A DNA stretch of 64,000 nucleotides from Ginglymostoma cirratum (lineage: Eukaryota): positions 11,838,427-11,902,426 of the forward strand of contig JAHRHZ010000058.1 in the NCBI GenBank assembly GCA_024137785.1, read 5' to 3'. A program made the translations under genes and the position numbers. Shown here piece after piece: positions 63,051 through 64,000 of the stretch. Within the stretch, counting starts at the first letter, position 1; every line of letters begins with the position of its first letter. The notes below the pieces were generated by a model that did not search any database, was not told the DNA's origin, and saw only the letters and a list, made by a program, of their open reading frames with translations.

Positions 63051-64000
63051 TCAGCCTCATCAGCGGCGCGTTGTTTCCTTGTTGGGAAATTGGAACATGC
63101 GGCCGAACAGGTGTCAGTCCAACAGAAAGTCCTGTTCTACTTTCCGGCAAAAGTGTGAGCACCCAGCCAGGGACCAGAATCCAGGTTCTCTTTCCACAAG
63201 TGCTGCCTGACTTGTTGAGCTGTTCCAGCAATTTCTCTTCTTGATCCTAGTGGACAGTTTGACTTGTTTCAACCATGCCCCTGGCAAGTCCTGGTGTCTC
63301 CCAGCTAACACAAGCCAAAACAGCGGTCGTAAACTTGGAAAGACGGCGGGGGGGGGACTGCGTTTCCATTCCGCCTTTCACAACCTCCCGATGTTCTAAG
63401 TCACATCACCATTCATTGAAGTGGGGCCACTATTTTGACATGAAGGACACGGGAGTCCATTTTGTGCCAACAAGATCCCACAATGAGTTAAATGGCCTGG
63501 TTGTGTTGGTTCAAAGATGAATATTGGACCAGACACTGCGGAGAAAGCCCATTGCTATTTGAGCTGGCAGAGAAGTAGGACAGGAGTTCGGTTCAACATC
63601 GGGGAGGCTCTAGATGTTCTTGTGGGGCTGTGGAATTACAAGCTCAGAGGTAATGGTGTTATCCCCGTGATCGAAGGATTACAATTACAGTCATTATAGT
63701 CCCACGTTGTTCCTTCAGTGACTGAACAATGGGAAGATCCTCTTCACACTATTCTGAAATAACATAAACAGAACTCCCCCATAAAAATATTACACTATCA
63801 TAAGTTGTGAATCCAATCGGATTCTTTATTGCAAAGATCTGCTTGTTTGGTGTGGCTGCCGAAATTAACTTGAAACATTTCCTTTTTATATGTGGCTGCA
63901 GTTATTTTTAAGAAAATGTGTAACGTTAACGTTATCAGGTTTACCTCTCTGCAATTTGTGCTGCACTTTTAAGGTGGCTGGTGATTGTGGGGATGAAGCA

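Noticed and set aside
1-64000. CRISPR arrays, rRNA, operons or other prokaryotic systems
   Set aside because: The sequence is vertebrate intronic and regulatory DNA, and I saw no regularly spaced repeats or such genes.

Overview
This is AT-rich vertebrate genomic DNA with no complete host gene. The repeats (HE1-type V-SINEs, CR1 LINEs, Deu-domain-like SINE relics) point to an elasmobranch (shark or ray); this is inferred from repeat content only. Supported content: (1) a ~3.4-kb 5'-truncated, frameshifted CR1 LINE on the minus strand (ORF1 SGNH-esterase end plus APE endonuclease and RT), and several shorter LINE fragments. (2) Six HE1 SINEs, one tRNA-SINE that shares its tail with a LINE, and an unusual triple-tRNA-head SINE. 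(3) Three short Penelope-type insertions with 14-16-bp target-site duplications; two carry minimal type I hammerhead ribozyme motifs and show an inverted (fold-back) structure. (4) A probable degenerate solo LTR. (5) What looks like the 5' region of an unidentified minus-strand gene: a CpG-richer promoter cluster at ~58.5-63.4 kb and a series of candidate alternative first or 5'-UTR exons down to position 520, several encoding short N-termini that end in intron phase 1. The common coding exons would lie to the left of the window. Nearly all listed ORFs outside the CR1 are spurious.
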